64,000 bases of DNA from the IMG/VR virus record IMGVR_UViG_2926068284_000002, positions 1 through 64,000 of that record; one strand, given 5' to 3'. The translations under genes were made by a program, and so were the position numbers. Below are positions 1 to 10,072 of this stretch, piece after piece. The stretch is from a virus. Taxonomy: Duplodnaviria; Caudoviricetes. The notes under the pieces were generated by a model. The model was not told the DNA's origin and searched no databases. It saw only the letters and a list, made by a program, of their open reading frames with translations. Each line of letters begins with the position of its first letter. Position 1 is the stretch's first letter.

Positions 1-345
1 ATGCCGGACTTCGCGGGCTTGTACCGCATCCCGGATGGAGAGCTCCCGTTGAGGGACATCCGGTATCTGGCGCTGGTGCGGGTCGACCTCATCGCGCTCT
101 ACCGCCGTTGGGGGCGGCCCGACGTCGGGCTGGACAGCTTGGCGGAATGGCTGTGCTTCGCCTTCGCGCTGCCGGGCGGCGGCGTGTTCGCCCTCCAGCG
201 TGAGGCGTACAACCCGCCCACACCCGGGTTCCTTCTCAGTGCGAATCAGGTGATCTTCTCCGCCGATGCGGCGCAGCGGCTGGTCGAAGCGCTGGACATC
301 CCGGAGGCGGTCCTGATCGAGGTGAGTCCCGAAGCGGCCGACTGA
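1..345 (+). CDS. Hypothetical protein, probably host chromosome left of the prophage
   Basis: 114-aa ORF with GC3-rich codons, outside the integrase end of the element. Confidence 0.6.
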   Translation: MPDFAGLYRIPDGELPLRDIRYLALVRVDLIALYRRWGRPDVGLDSLAEWLCFAFALPGGGVFALQREAYNPPTPGFLLSANQVIFSADAAQRLVEALDIPEAVLIEVSPEAAD

Positions 346-510
346 GCACCGCCACTCGCCGACCCGTGATGCCGTCGTCGTGCTCAGGGCGTTCGGCCGG
401 GCCGCCCGGTACACGCGGCCTCCGCCGGCGAGGCGCCCGGCCCGTACCGGGTGGGCGGTCCTCGCCCACCCCCGCGCGCCCTGTGGTGCGGAGCACGGGC
501 GGGGTGGGAC

Positions 511-560
511 CCTAGTGGTATGAACATCCCTTTCATGGTTATGGATATCCACCCAATCCG
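511..560. other. Candidate left attachment site (attL)
   Basis: AT-rich patch (cctagtggtatgaacatccctttcatggttatggatatcc) just past the integrase stop; no second copy seen in the window. Confidence 0.4.
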
Positions 561-615
561 GCCCTGACCTGCACCGCAGCACCACCGATGACCGGCAGTG
601 GGAGACGACTGGGAG

Positions 616-1887
616 TTAGCCCCAGATCGTGTCACCCAGCCGGCCCGGCACCGACTCCCACCGCTCCTGCAACGACTTCATGATCGCCCGCTCCATCGGA
701 ACGGTGACGCTGCTGTACACCCCCTCCACCCCCGGCACCTCGTGCCCCATACGCGTCTCCACCGCGAACCGGCTGTGCCCGTCCTCGTCAAGCCACGCCT
801 TCGCACTGTGCCGCACCAGGTACAGCCTCTTCCCCGCGAACGCCGGCACGGCAGGCAACGCCGACCGGTCGCCTGTAGGCCGGGCACCTTCCCCCGCCTT
901 CGTGCCGTCAGCGATCTGCCGCCAGTACCGGTAGTTGAAGTTCGTCGATCGCAAGTTGCCACCCGACGGCGTGCAGAACACCGTGTCGAAGCTGTGCTCC
1001 TTGAGGAGCCTCTCCAGCAGGTCCGCCAGGAACGGCGGGATCACCAGCGACCGGTAGGACTCGTACTTCGGGGGGAAGAACTGCAACACCCGGTCCGCGT
1101 ACTGAACCTGCCGCTCTACCCGGATGGCAGGCATCAATCCCTCGCCCTTGCCGTACCGGACCATGTCCTCCGCGTACCGGTCGGACTCCTCCGGGTCCAG
1201 CCGCAAGTCCGAGCCGGGCCACGTCGGGTAGCAGAACTCCCGTGTGAGCCCGAAGAGTTCCGCCGGCCGCATACCGGTCACGGCCATCGTCCAGATGAAT
1301 ACGTACCCGGCTGGCCCGATCACGGTGTGGGCGTTGCGGGCGAGGGCTTCGATGATGGTGGGGTCGGTGTCCTTCTTCCGCTCCCGCTTCTTCTTCGTGT
1401 ACTTGCCGCGGCGGCGGTGGCGTTCGACGGGGGAGGATTTGCGGAGCTCGGCGGCGACGGCGTCGTCCATGGCCATGCTGAAGACGTTGAGGATCGACTT
1501 CCGGCTGTTCTCGCTCGGCAGGACGGCCTTGAGGTGCTTCTTCAGGGCCCGGTGGTCCATGATGCCGAGGTCGCCGACGGTGCGGTTCTTGAAGAACGGC
1601 TTGAGGTGCACCCGGATCGCGGACTCATAGGTGACCAGCGACCGGTGTGCCAGGTCGAGCGAGGCGTACCAGGCGTCCAGCCAGTCGGCGAGGAGCATGG
1701 CGCCGTCGCGGTTGGTGATGTGGGTGCCGTGGCGGACCTCGTACTCCATGTCCTGGCCGTGCTGGAGCGCCGCGTCTTCGTCGGTGAAGCCGCCCTTGGA
1801 CTCGTAGCGCTTACGACCGTTGGCGTGGTGCTCGCCTGTCCACCACTTGACTCGGCATGTCTCTCCGCGCCACTCGATGTGGGGCAT
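616..1887 (-). CDS. int: Tyrosine recombinase/integrase
   Basis: N-terminal arm-binding-like region (SKGGF); TGMRPAE (catalytic R), YLVRHS, RMGH and VYS C-terminal motifs. Confidence 0.93.
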   Translation of the reverse strand: MPHIEWRGETCRVKWWTGEHHANGRKRYESKGGFTDEDAALQHGQDMEYEVRHGTHITNRDGAMLLADWLDAWYASLDLAHRSLVTYESAIRVHLKPFFKNRTVGDLGIMDHRALKKHLKAVLPSENSRKSILNVFSMAMDDAVAAELRKSSPVERHRRRGKYTKKKRERKKDTDPTIIEALARNAHTVIGPAGYVFIWTMAVTGMRPAELFGLTREFCYPTWPGSDLRLDPEESDRYAEDMVRYGKGEGLMPAIRVERQVQYADRVLQFFPPKYESYRSLVIPPFLADLLERLLKEHSFDTVFCTPSGGNLRSTNFNYRYWRQIADGTKAGEGARPTGDRSALPAVPAFAGKRLYLVRHSAKAWLDEDGHSRFAVETRMGHEVPGVEGVYSSVTVPMERAIMKSLQERWESVPGRLGDTIWG

Positions 1888-1956
1888 GGGGCCTCCTTGG
1901 TGAGGCGTGGTGTCCGGCTAGCTTCCCCGCTGCCGGACCACCCGCCGGGCCACTCT

Positions 1957-2247
1957 TCAATCCGGTTTGCCCACGGGGCAGTTACCGCATTGCGAGCAGT
2001 CCCCTCCTTCGCGCCGGACCAGCTCTCGCATGACGGCCCTGACTGCCGGATCACGCTCGAACCGGGGCGCTGCTACACAGACGATCTTCTCAGGTGTACG
2101 GCCCACCCAGGCGTAGAACTCCGGGCCGTAGTCCTTCAGTACCAGATCACCGCGCATCACCAGGTCCCCCTTCCGGGACGGGAGACCCCCCAAGGTGTGC
2201 TGTTGACTCTGCCATGCGCAGGGCCGCTTGGGACCGGGTTGGAGCAA
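1957..2247 (-). CDS. Small Cys-rich hypothetical protein between repressor and integrase (true start probably near 2160)
   Basis: ORF ending in CSQCGNCP, co-oriented with int. Confidence 0.55.
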   Translation of the reverse strand: MLQPGPKRPCAWQSQQHTLGGLPSRKGDLVMRGDLVLKDYGPEFYAWVGRTPEKIVCVAAPRFERDPAVRAVMRELVRREGGDCSQCGNCPVGKPD

Positions 2248-2318
2248 TGTTCGATCAGATGTTTCGTAACAAACTACTTACAGGCAAATGGTTGTAGTCC
2301 AGACGGGTGAATCTTCCG

Positions 2319-2735
2319 TCAAATGATCCCCTTCGCTTCGAGGTCTTCGATGATGCGGGCGGTCAGGGCCCGAATTTGCGGGGCGTCAAGGTCGGTCACG
2401 CCGATGGACGCACTCTCGATGACCTGCCGGGTGGCTTGCTTCCTGTCGACGCCGTCGGCGATGACGACATGGGGGGCAGCGGTGGAGTCGCTGGCCGGCA
2501 CCGGGCTCCCGCCCTCGGCAATGGCGTCGCAGCTGCCTGTGGCCCACCCGAGGGCGTGGTCGATCTTCGCGTAGTTCAGGGCGCGGACCGGGTTGGCCTC
2601 TTCGACGCGCTTCCAGGTGTCTTTGGCAATACCGGCTTCGGCGGCGGCCTTGGTTCTTGCTAGGCCGAGCTGGAGGCGTCGGGCTTTGACTGCTTGCGCT
2701 AGGTGTGTGAGGTCGTGGGGTGGCATGGCCCCCAT
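2319..2735 (-). CDS. XRE-family HTH immunity repressor
   Basis: HTH (LARTKAAAEAGIAKDTWKRVEE); divergent from a Cro-like gene, beside the integrase. Confidence 0.82.
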   Translation of the reverse strand: MGAMPPHDLTHLAQAVKARRLQLGLARTKAAAEAGIAKDTWKRVEEANPVRALNYAKIDHALGWATGSCDAIAEGGSPVPASDSTAAPHVVIADGVDRKQATRQVIESASIGVTDLDAPQIRALTARIIEDLEAKGII

Positions 2736-2744
2736 CTTGGCAGG

Positions 2745-2916
2745 GCCAGGCGGGGCCAGCTAGGACCGGTGGCCACTACGGCTTGAACTTTGACAAGCGT
2801 CTGACGTGCACGAATGCGCCGGGCGCGACCTTCGCGCGCCCCCTTGAGGCATCTAGGGCTAACAAGCTGCGAACTAGAGCTAGACAGAGAGGGCTAACTA
2901 GGGATAGCTTCATGTC
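2745..2916. promoter_or_regulatory. Lysis/lysogeny switch with a leaderless rightward promoter and probable operators
   Basis: TAGACA(2881)-18 nt-TAGCTT(2905) ends 6 nt before the cro ATG; AGGGCTAAC occurs twice and CTAG is clustered. Confidence 0.6.
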
Positions 2917-3162
2917 ATGCGCCAACCCCAACCCACCTTCGAAGTGGACGGGGCGGAAATCCGCCACCGCCGCATGCAGATGGGCCTCGAAATGACCGAG
3001 CTGGCCGAACGCGCGGGCATAAGTCGGCGCTACCTCAGCCACCTCGAAAACGGCACCCGCACCCGCATGAGACCGCGCCGATACGCGGCCCTCTGCAAGC
3101 AGCTCGACGCGCACACCGAAGACCTCCTCGCCCCACAGGGGACCCAACGATCAAAGGAGTGA
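2917..3162 (+). CDS. Cro-like XRE HTH protein
   Basis: MTELAERAGISRRYLSHLENG HTH. Confidence 0.85.
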   Translation: MRQPQPTFEVDGAEIRHRRMQMGLEMTELAERAGISRRYLSHLENGTRTRMRPRRYAALCKQLDAHTEDLLAPQGTQRSKE

Positions 3163-3163
3163 C

Positions 3164-3472
3164 ATGCCCGGCGACAAGTACGAGAAGTACGGCCGCCCGA
3201 TTCCCCCCGCCGACCCGAACCAGGAGTACATGACCGTCCAGGAGACGGCCCATGTTTTGTCGGTCTCCGTGTCCTGGCTGCGCCGGTTCCTGAAGGAGCA
3301 CCCGAAGATGCACTCCCGTCTCGGCCGGCGGATCGTCACGGACCGCGCCGACCGGGCGGCGATCTACGGGGCGAAGCGCCTGGGTGGTACGGCGCACCGG
3401 GGGAGTAAGCGGCGCTCGGTTCGCAGGTCGGCCGCCTCGGTGCGGACGGCACCGCTGAAGTCCGCTGCCTGA
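3164..3472 (+). CDS. Excisionase-like (HTH_17/MerR-type) DNA-binding protein
   Basis: YMTVQETAHVLSVSVSWLRR motif, basic tail, position after cro. Confidence 0.7.
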   Translation: MPGDKYEKYGRPIPPADPNQEYMTVQETAHVLSVSVSWLRRFLKEHPKMHSRLGRRIVTDRADRAAIYGAKRLGGTAHRGSKRRSVRRSAASVRTAPLKSAA

Positions 3473-3561
3473 CGGCAGCAAGTGAGGCCGCCCCGAAACG
3501 CCAGCCCCGAGGCGACCTCTGAGACCCACCCACACCTGTACTGACGAAAGGCGGGCCTGCT

Positions 3562-4032
3562 GTGCCCCAGAATCCCACACCTGCTGCTGCGGGTGACACG
3601 AACCCCAAGACCCCGATGCCCGGCGAGGATGCGATCCGGGAGCAGGTACGCCGACTGCTGGCGACTGCTGATGGCTTCTCGTTCGAGGGCTTGGAGCCGC
3701 ACGACTACCAGAACCACGCGAGCGTCGTGCTCGACATGATCCGTCCGCTGGTCTTCGCGCTCGGCCAGTATCAGGCGCTGGAGCTGGGGACCCCCGAGGG
3801 GCGAGTCTCCGCGAAGTGCGAGGACTCGACGCACCCGGTGTGGCTGCGTGACCTGGACGACATGCGGGGCTGCCCGTGGTGCCGCATCGCCGAGTTGAAG
3901 GCGCAGGCCGCCGACGGTGCCGGGGTCATCTCCGCGCTCTCCGTGATCGTGAAGCACGGCGACATGGCCGACGAGGTGCGCCGGGAGATCCGGGACCTGC
4001 TCTCGTCGCAGCGTGAGGCAGGTGCCCTGTGA
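3562..4032 (+). CDS. Phage hypothetical protein
   Basis: ORF with CPWC motif, coupled to the next gene. Confidence 0.65.
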   Translation: MPQNPTPAAAGDTNPKTPMPGEDAIREQVRRLLATADGFSFEGLEPHDYQNHASVVLDMIRPLVFALGQYQALELGTPEGRVSAKCEDSTHPVWLRDLDDMRGCPWCRIAELKAQAADGAGVISALSVIVKHGDMADEVRREIRDLLSSQREAGAL

Positions 4033-4496
4033 GCGCCGCCGAGTTCAACTACCTCTACCCGGTCGGCACACCCGTGCTCGCCTACCCGGGCATTCGCCCG
4101 GAGGACGGCCCGGACGACGACACGCTGATCACCCGCACCCGCACCGAAGCCCGAGTTTCCAGCAGCGGCGACGACGTCATCTGGGTCGACGGGCATGGCG
4201 CGTACATCTCCCTGACCCACGTCGACCCGGTCTCCGAGGAGCAGTGGCGGCAGGCCCGGATCGACCGCGACGAGACCACAGCAGCCCGACGTGCTGCCCT
4301 GCTCGACGCCATCAGGGCCCACCCCACCGAGTGGAAGCCGGAGCGTGCGGCCTTCGCGCTGAAGCGGCTCGGGTTCGGCTGGGTCAGCGAGCGCACGGCT
4401 CGGGCGGACCTTGAGGCCCTGGTGGCCGACGGGCACCTGGCCCCCGTCACCGAGGTGGTCATCCGCCACTACGACCTGACGGGCGGTGCGTCGTGA
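4029..4496 (+). CDS. Phage hypothetical protein, possible C-terminal wHTH
   Basis: GTGA overlap; VSERTARADLEAL motif. Confidence 0.65.
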   Translation: MSAAEFNYLYPVGTPVLAYPGIRPEDGPDDDTLITRTRTEARVSSSGDDVIWVDGHGAYISLTHVDPVSEEQWRQARIDRDETTAARRAALLDAIRAHPTEWKPERAAFALKRLGFGWVSERTARADLEALVADGHLAPVTEVVIRHYDLTGGAS

Positions 4497-4864
4497 CTGC
4501 CGCCGACTTGTCCCGTGTGGATGTCCCCGCCGCCGAGCTGACGGCCGCGATCCTTACCCGCCGCGCTGCCGCTCGTACCGAGCCGCTGCTCCCGGAGTGC
4601 TTCCACTGCGGCAGCCGTAAGGGTCCGTGGGTGCCCGACCCGTCGGGAGCCCGCTGGCCGTCCGGTGCCCAGGTCCTGGAGTGCCATACCACGTGCACCG
4701 CCGCCGACCCGGACCGCCACTCCCTGGACACCGCCATCGACCAGGCCACCGCCCACGCGGCTGCCGCCCACCCCGACACGTGCGCCACCGACGCCGACTA
4801 CCCCGGCTTCGACGCCTGGATCACCCACCAGCAGACCCTCAACGCAGCCCGGAGGACCCGATGA
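4493..4864 (+). CDS. Phage hypothetical protein
   Basis: GTGA overlap; CxxC pairs. Confidence 0.6.
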   Translation: MTAADLSRVDVPAAELTAAILTRRAAARTEPLLPECFHCGSRKGPWVPDPSGARWPSGAQVLECHTTCTAADPDRHSLDTAIDQATAHAAAAHPDTCATDADYPGFDAWITHQQTLNAARRTR

Positions 4865-5130
4865 AGACTCTCACGCTCTCCTGGGGTGACCGCCCGATCG
4901 TGCTGGAGACCGAGGACAACCGCACGTTCCTCCGGATCGGCGCCGCACTGCGGGTCGAGGTGACCGACGCGTCCGTGGATCAGCTGGAGCAGCTGGCCCA
5001 GGTGACCGCCGACCTGGCGGACTTCCGGTGGGAGCAGATCCGCGCCGCCGGGGTCGCGTCCGAGGTCGCCGCCGAGGACGGGGTGCGCAACATCGGCATC
5101 CCCTCCCAGCGGAAGCAGGTGGCCGCATGA
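4861..5130 (+). CDS. Phage hypothetical protein
   Basis: GGAGG RBS, ATGA overlap. Confidence 0.6.
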   Translation: MKTLTLSWGDRPIVLETEDNRTFLRIGAALRVEVTDASVDQLEQLAQVTADLADFRWEQIRAAGVASEVAAEDGVRNIGIPSQRKQVAA

Positions 5131-5522
5131 GCACCTACCTCCACGACGGTGTCACCTTCGACCTGACCGTCCCCTACGCCGACGTCACCGGCAGCAAGTG
5201 GATGTGGACCGGCGGCTGGGACGACGGTGAGCCGCTCATGCGGCAGCGGTCGGACCGGGGCGACTGCCAGACCCCGTTGGCCTTCACCGACCTGTACCAG
5301 ACGCACGGCCCGCTCATCCCGATCAGCCCCCGCCCGTCCACCAGCCAGTACCGGGCGGCCATCGACCCCGACTACGCGGCCACCGTCGCCGCCGGGTACA
5401 TCGAGGGTCACATCGTCGCGGCGGTCACCCCGCAGTTGACCCCGCACCACCTGCCGGCCGCCCCGGTGCAGTACGGGTGGCGGGCGTTCCTCACCACGAT
5501 CAAGGGGGAGCGCCGTGGCTGA
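5127..5522 (+). CDS. Phage hypothetical protein (phiSA1p31-like domain)
   Basis: YADVTGSKWMW...GEPLM...HGPL pattern, shared with 37497..38033. Confidence 0.55.
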   Translation: MSTYLHDGVTFDLTVPYADVTGSKWMWTGGWDDGEPLMRQRSDRGDCQTPLAFTDLYQTHGPLIPISPRPSTSQYRAAIDPDYAATVAAGYIEGHIVAAVTPQLTPHHLPAAPVQYGWRAFLTTIKGERRG

Positions 5523-5973
5523 CACCGAGAACGTCGCCGATCTCCGCAACCAGCTGGAGCGGGCCCGCCGGATCGCGGTGACGCTGGAGCAGGAGAACGC
5601 CCGACTCGGCACCGAGTTGGAGCGGTACGTGGGCAAGGAGCCGACGGTCCGCGACGAGATGGCCTACCTCCAGCGGTGCCTGAACTCGGTGCTGGAGCTG
5701 TGCGACCAGGCCGCAACCCAGGCGGTTCGGTGGGAGAGCCCGCTGCCGGTCCCGGAGTGGGTGGTCGCGGTCCGGGAGGCCGCCTCGGGCGAACGCCCCG
5801 ACACCCCGGCCGACAAGCGGCGCCGCATCTACATCGACGGGCATGGCGACGCGTGGCTGTCGCTGACCGAGGACACCATCGGCCCACTCGCCGGGGCGAT
5901 GTGGAGCGACGAGACCACCACCAGCGTCCGCGACCGCACTGGCGAACTCCACGAGATCGGCCGGTGCTGGTGA
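5515..5973 (+). CDS. Phage coiled-coil hypothetical protein
   Basis: Overlapping operon ORF. Confidence 0.65.
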   Translation: MADTENVADLRNQLERARRIAVTLEQENARLGTELERYVGKEPTVRDEMAYLQRCLNSVLELCDQAATQAVRWESPLPVPEWVVAVREAASGERPDTPADKRRRIYIDGHGDAWLSLTEDTIGPLAGAMWSDETTTSVRDRTGELHEIGRCW

Positions 5974-6061
5974 CCGCCTACGTCATCACCGCCACCGTCA
6001 TCGGCGTCGTGTTCTGCCTGATGGCGGTGGCCCCCAGCCTCTGGACCCGGAAGGGCAAGCC

Positions 6062-6517
6062 ATGAGCCTCACCCTCGGTATACGCCGCCCCCGCAAGCAC
6101 CGCGCCGTCGACAAGGTCGGCCGGCTCCTCGAAGAGAACCACCGTCTGCTGATTCAGCTGGTCGGAGCGCACGACCACATCGCCGTCCAGGAGCGGCAGT
6201 TGGCCGACGTCCGGGCCAAGCGGGCGGAGGCCGAGCAGGTCGTCGTGTGCCTCGACGCCGCCCTAGACGAGCGGACCGGCGAGCTCGACCAGGCCCAGGC
6301 GGAGATCCGCCGGCTGCACGCCCAGCTCGCCCCGTACCTGGCGGCGGACGCCAACGCCAACGCGATCACCGTCCCGCCGTCGGAGCGCGACACCACAGCG
6401 GTCGAGGACCAGGCGACCGCCCCGATCAAGGTCACCACCCTGTGGGCCGCCCACGGCATCGGCCCCGTGGTCCGCACCGAGGGCAGCACCGACCCGGCGC
6501 ACCTGCCCGCCGCCTGA
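6062..6517 (+). CDS. Phage coiled-coil hypothetical protein
   Basis: ATGA overlap, heptad pattern. Confidence 0.65.
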   Translation: MSLTLGIRRPRKHRAVDKVGRLLEENHRLLIQLVGAHDHIAVQERQLADVRAKRAEAEQVVVCLDAALDERTGELDQAQAEIRRLHAQLAPYLAADANANAITVPPSERDTTAVEDQATAPIKVTTLWAAHGIGPVVRTEGSTDPAHLPAA

Positions 6518-6582
6518 GACCTGCCGGGCCGGCGGATGCCACCGGCCCCCGGCCCGGCACCCAACACCTTGAGGAGCCCCTC

Positions 6583-6918
6583 GTGAACGCCTCCACCCAC
6601 GAACTGCACGTCCCCACCTACGCCCGGCCCGTGCTCGTCCAGGCCACCGAGCCGCACCCCGGCCTGCACGTCTACCCGACCCCCGACGAGATCGCCGACC
6701 CCGGCGACACCTACGTGTGGCGGCTCGGCCACCACTCCGGTCACGTCATCGCGAAGTTCGAACAGCAGGCCCAGGCGGAGGACGCCGCCCGAGCACTGGG
6801 GGGCATCGCCGACTGGACCCGCCCCGCCGCCAGGGTTCGGCTCGACGTCGACCCCGAGGACGTCTTCGACGCGCTGGGCGAGTTCCCCTGCGTATTCATC
6901 GCCCAGAAGGCCAGCTAG
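6583..6918 (+). CDS. Phage hypothetical protein
   Basis: GAGGAG RBS before GTG. Confidence 0.6.
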   Translation: MNASTHELHVPTYARPVLVQATEPHPGLHVYPTPDEIADPGDTYVWRLGHHSGHVIAKFEQQAQAEDAARALGGIADWTRPAARVRLDVDPEDVFDALGEFPCVFIAQKAS

Positions 6919-6934
6919 CCCGCCTCACGCGGAC

Positions 6935-6963
6935 GCCCCCGCCGAGGCGAATTCGGCGGGGGC
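6935..6963 (+). terminator. GC-rich hairpin (terminator or processing site)
   Basis: gcccccgccga...tcggcgggggc. Confidence 0.5.
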
Positions 6964-6992
6964 ACCCAACCCCATCATCCCAGGAGGACCCC

Positions 6993-7523
6993 ATGCCCAG
7001 CACCGTCTCCCTTCCCGCTCAGGCCGTTATCGGCCGTCGCGTCGAGTTCGCCTACTACCGCGACCAGACCACCTTCCTCCCCGGCATCATCACCGCGATC
7101 ACCGACGACCCCGCTAGCCTCCGCGTCCGCCTCGACGGCAAGCGCAGCAACGTCGCCTGCCGACCCGACTACGACGGCATCCGCTACCTCGACGACGTCG
7201 TCCCGGTTCCGGCCCTGCCGATGGGAGCGTTCACGCCGACCGCCGAGGACTTCGGAGGGCCCGCCTACGCCGGTCTCCCGGTCTGCCAGCTCGACGACGA
7301 GGACATCCTCATCCTCACCGCCGAGCCGAACGCCGCCCGAGCTGCCCTGGTCGCGTACTGCAAGGCGCAGGACATCGACCCCGAGTACGCGGAAGACCCG
7401 CTGGAGACCGCGTGGGCGGTCTTCGAGTGGCAGCCCGAGGACGCCGACGCCGACTGGCACGTGCGGTTCGACGCCGAGGGCCTCGACGGCGCCGTCCGCA
7501 TCCACTACCTGCCCGCCACCTGA
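6993..7523 (+). CDS. Phage hypothetical protein (acidic)
   Basis: AGGAGG RBS, good codon usage. Confidence 0.65.
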   Translation: MPSTVSLPAQAVIGRRVEFAYYRDQTTFLPGIITAITDDPASLRVRLDGKRSNVACRPDYDGIRYLDDVVPVPALPMGAFTPTAEDFGGPAYAGLPVCQLDDEDILILTAEPNAARAALVAYCKAQDIDPEYAEDPLETAWAVFEWQPEDADADWHVRFDAEGLDGAVRIHYLPAT

Positions 7524-7719
7524 CCCACGCCCGGCAGGCGTGTGAGCCCGGCTCCGCCTGCCCGCTGCGGGCCGCCAACCCCCAGGCGGCCCGCAGCAAC
7601 CACCAACTGGAGAACCACATGATCGCCTGCGTCCGCTGCGACGACACCAACGGCCCCTTCAGTCGTCAGCCCGAAGGGCCCGTCTGCGAAGACTGCCTCA
7701 AAGACCAGGACGGGCAGCG

Positions 7720-8595
7720 ATGACCACCACCCTCGAACCCCCGGTCACCGAGGCCCCCGCGCTGGGCATCCACACCAACCTGTCGAACACCGACTACCAC
7801 GCCGACAAGACGTCCCTCTCCTCCTCCGGGGCCCGCAAGCTCCTCGCCCCGTCCACCCCCGCCCACTTCCGGTACGAGCAGGACAACCCGCAGCCGGCCA
7901 CGAAGACGTTCGACTACGGCAACGCCGCCCACAAGCTCGTCCTCGGCAACGGCCCCGAACTCGTTGTCATCGACCACCACACGTGGAACACCAAGGCCGC
8001 GAAAGCCGAGGTCGCCGAAGCCCGCGAACGCGGGGCGATCCCGCTCAAGCAGGCCGAGATGGAAATGGTCACCGGCATGGCCGCCGCGATCCGCCAGCAC
8101 CCCCTGGCCGCGGCGCTCCTCGACCCGGCCTACGGGGCCCCGGAGCAGTCCGGGTTCTGGATCGACGGACCCACCGGGATCCGCCGACGGGTCCGCTTCG
8201 ACTGGCTGCCGTCCATCCAGGAAGGCCGCCTGATCATCCCCGACTACAAGACCGCCGCCGACGCCAGCGACGACGCCATGCAGCGGGACATCGCGAAGTA
8301 CGGCTACCACCAGCAGGCCGACTGGTACGAGGAAGCCGCCCGCGCCCTCGGCCTCGGCGGCCAAGACGCCGAACTCCTCCTCGTCGTGCAGGAGAAGAAG
8401 CCCCCGTACCTGATCAACGTCATCGGCATCGAGTTCGGGTCCCGCATCATCGGCGGCGCCAAAAACAGGGCCGCGATCGAGCGCTTCGCCGAATGCATGT
8501 CCACCGGCCACTGGCCCGGCTACGCCGACGACGAACCCAACTACCTCCCCCTCCCCGCCTACGCGGAGAACCGCGACAAGGAGATCTACCTGTGA
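7720..8595 (+). CDS. RecE-like PD-(D/E)xK exonuclease (DUF3799/exonuclease VIII type)
   Basis: YHAD..LSSSGARKLL, GNAAH, RVRFDWL, IPDYKT, YGYHQQADWY motifs. Confidence 0.85.
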   Translation: MTTTLEPPVTEAPALGIHTNLSNTDYHADKTSLSSSGARKLLAPSTPAHFRYEQDNPQPATKTFDYGNAAHKLVLGNGPELVVIDHHTWNTKAAKAEVAEARERGAIPLKQAEMEMVTGMAAAIRQHPLAAALLDPAYGAPEQSGFWIDGPTGIRRRVRFDWLPSIQEGRLIIPDYKTAADASDDAMQRDIAKYGYHQQADWYEEAARALGLGGQDAELLLVVQEKKPPYLINVIGIEFGSRIIGGAKNRAAIERFAECMSTGHWPGYADDEPNYLPLPAYAENRDKEIYL

Positions 8596-9476
8596 ACTTC
8601 CCCGCCCAGATGCCCACCGCACCCGGCGCCGACCGCATCGGCCAGGGCACCGCCGTTGAGCAGTCCCGCGCCGTCGCCGAGGTCCAGGCCGCGATCTATG
8701 TGGCCCGCCAGTTCCCTCGCGATGTCGGCCGGTCCCGCGCCTCCATGCAGGCCGCCTGCGGCTCCATGGCCCTCGCTGAGAAGGCGTTCTACGACTTCCC
8801 CCGGGCCGGCGGCAAGGTCACCGGCCCCACCATCAACCTCGCGAAGACCCTCGCCCAGTCCTGGGGCAACATCCAGTACGGCGTCACCGAGATGCGCCGC
8901 GACGACGAGTACCGCCAGTCCGAGATGCAGGCGTGGGCGTGGGACGTCGAGGCGAACACCCGGCACGTCCTCACGTTCATCGTCCCGCACGCGAAGTTCG
9001 CCCGAGGCAAGGTCGAGGCCCTCCTCGACCTGCGAGACATCTACGAGAACAACGCCAACAACGGTGCCCGCAGGCTCCGTGAAGCGATCTTCGCGGTGAT
9101 CCCGGACTTCTTCATCGCCGAGGCCGAGGAACTCTGCAAGGAGACCCTCGCGAAGGGCGACGGCAAGCCGCTCCCGGACCGCATCGACGGCGCGGTGAAG
9201 GTGTTCGAGCAGCTCGGCATCAACGCCGACCGGCTGGAGCAGAAGCTCGGCCGGCCGCGCGGCCAGTGGAACGGCGCGGACATCGCGCAGCTGCTCATCA
9301 CGCACAAGTCGATCCAGCGCCGCGAGATCGCCGTCGACGAGGCGTTCCCGCAGGCCCGTATCACCGGGGGCGAGATCAAGGGCAAGGCGCCGTCCAAGTC
9401 GGGTGGCAGCACCCCGCCGCCGGACGACGACCCGTGGGCCGGACAGGAAGTCCGCCAGCCCGGCTCCGGCAAGTAG
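8592..9476 (+). CDS. Putative ssDNA-annealing recombinase paired with RecE
   Basis: Coupled to the exonuclease; AEVQAAIYVARQFPRD...GPTINLAK...WGN pattern. Confidence 0.6.
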   Translation: MNFPAQMPTAPGADRIGQGTAVEQSRAVAEVQAAIYVARQFPRDVGRSRASMQAACGSMALAEKAFYDFPRAGGKVTGPTINLAKTLAQSWGNIQYGVTEMRRDDEYRQSEMQAWAWDVEANTRHVLTFIVPHAKFARGKVEALLDLRDIYENNANNGARRLREAIFAVIPDFFIAEAEELCKETLAKGDGKPLPDRIDGAVKVFEQLGINADRLEQKLGRPRGQWNGADIAQLLITHKSIQRREIAVDEAFPQARITGGEIKGKAPSKSGGSTPPPDDDPWAGQEVRQPGSGK

Positions 9477-9540
9477 CCCGCACACATCAGGCCGCCCCCG
9501 CGGGCAGTGCGGGGGCGGCCCACCGGAAGGAAACCACAGC

Positions 9541-10002
9541 ATGACCACGGACCCCAACGCCCAGCTCGAAGTGATCCGGGGCGCCGTTGCCCGGCACATT
9601 GCGAACGGGCTCGTCAGCACCATCCACATCCGCGCCAAGGCCGCCCGCGACCTCGCAACCGAACTGGACGCCAACGGCGCGAACGTCGACGACCTCATCG
9701 AGCAGCACCTGATCAACGACGGGTACAGCGTCACCGAAGCCACCACCGCACGAGCCGCTGCGGACCCGGACCCATGGGCGCCGGAGCCGAGCATCACTGA
9801 GTACATCCCCGCACCCGTCCGCCGAGTGCTCTCCGACCGCCTCGCGCACATGCTCCTCAGCCCGAACGGAAGCGTTCTCCAGGTTCAGGCCCGCGAGCTG
9901 ACGTTCGCCCTGAAGGCGGAGGGCTTCGACCTCAGCGAACCCATCAAGCAGCACATCACGGACCTCACTCTCGGCCCGGACCCCGCCGACGTCCCGTTCT
10001 AG
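9541..10002 (+). CDS. Phage hypothetical protein
   Basis: GAAGGA RBS; ends in DVPF. Confidence 0.6.
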   Translation: MTTDPNAQLEVIRGAVARHIANGLVSTIHIRAKAARDLATELDANGANVDDLIEQHLINDGYSVTEATTARAAADPDPWAPEPSITEYIPAPVRRVLSDRLAHMLLSPNGSVLQVQARELTFALKAEGFDLSEPIKQHITDLTLGPDPADVPF

Positions 10003-10016
10003 CCCACCCGTACTTC

Positions 10017-10051
10017 GGGGCAGCCCCGTACCCGACATACGGGGCTGCCCC
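10017..10051 (+). terminator. Strong hairpin
   Basis: ggggcagccccgta...tacggggctgcccc. Confidence 0.55.
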
Positions 10052-10072
10052 ACCCGAGAAGGAGACCACGCC

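Noticed and set aside
346-615. tRNA or tmRNA at the integration site
   Set aside because: No cloverleaf, T-loop or CCA pattern visible
598-2310. 570-aa plus-strand ORF, and similar long ORFs such as 52395..55592 and 16545..18302
   Set aside because: Antisense shadows of real high-GC genes (integrase, tape measure, DnaB), with no motifs
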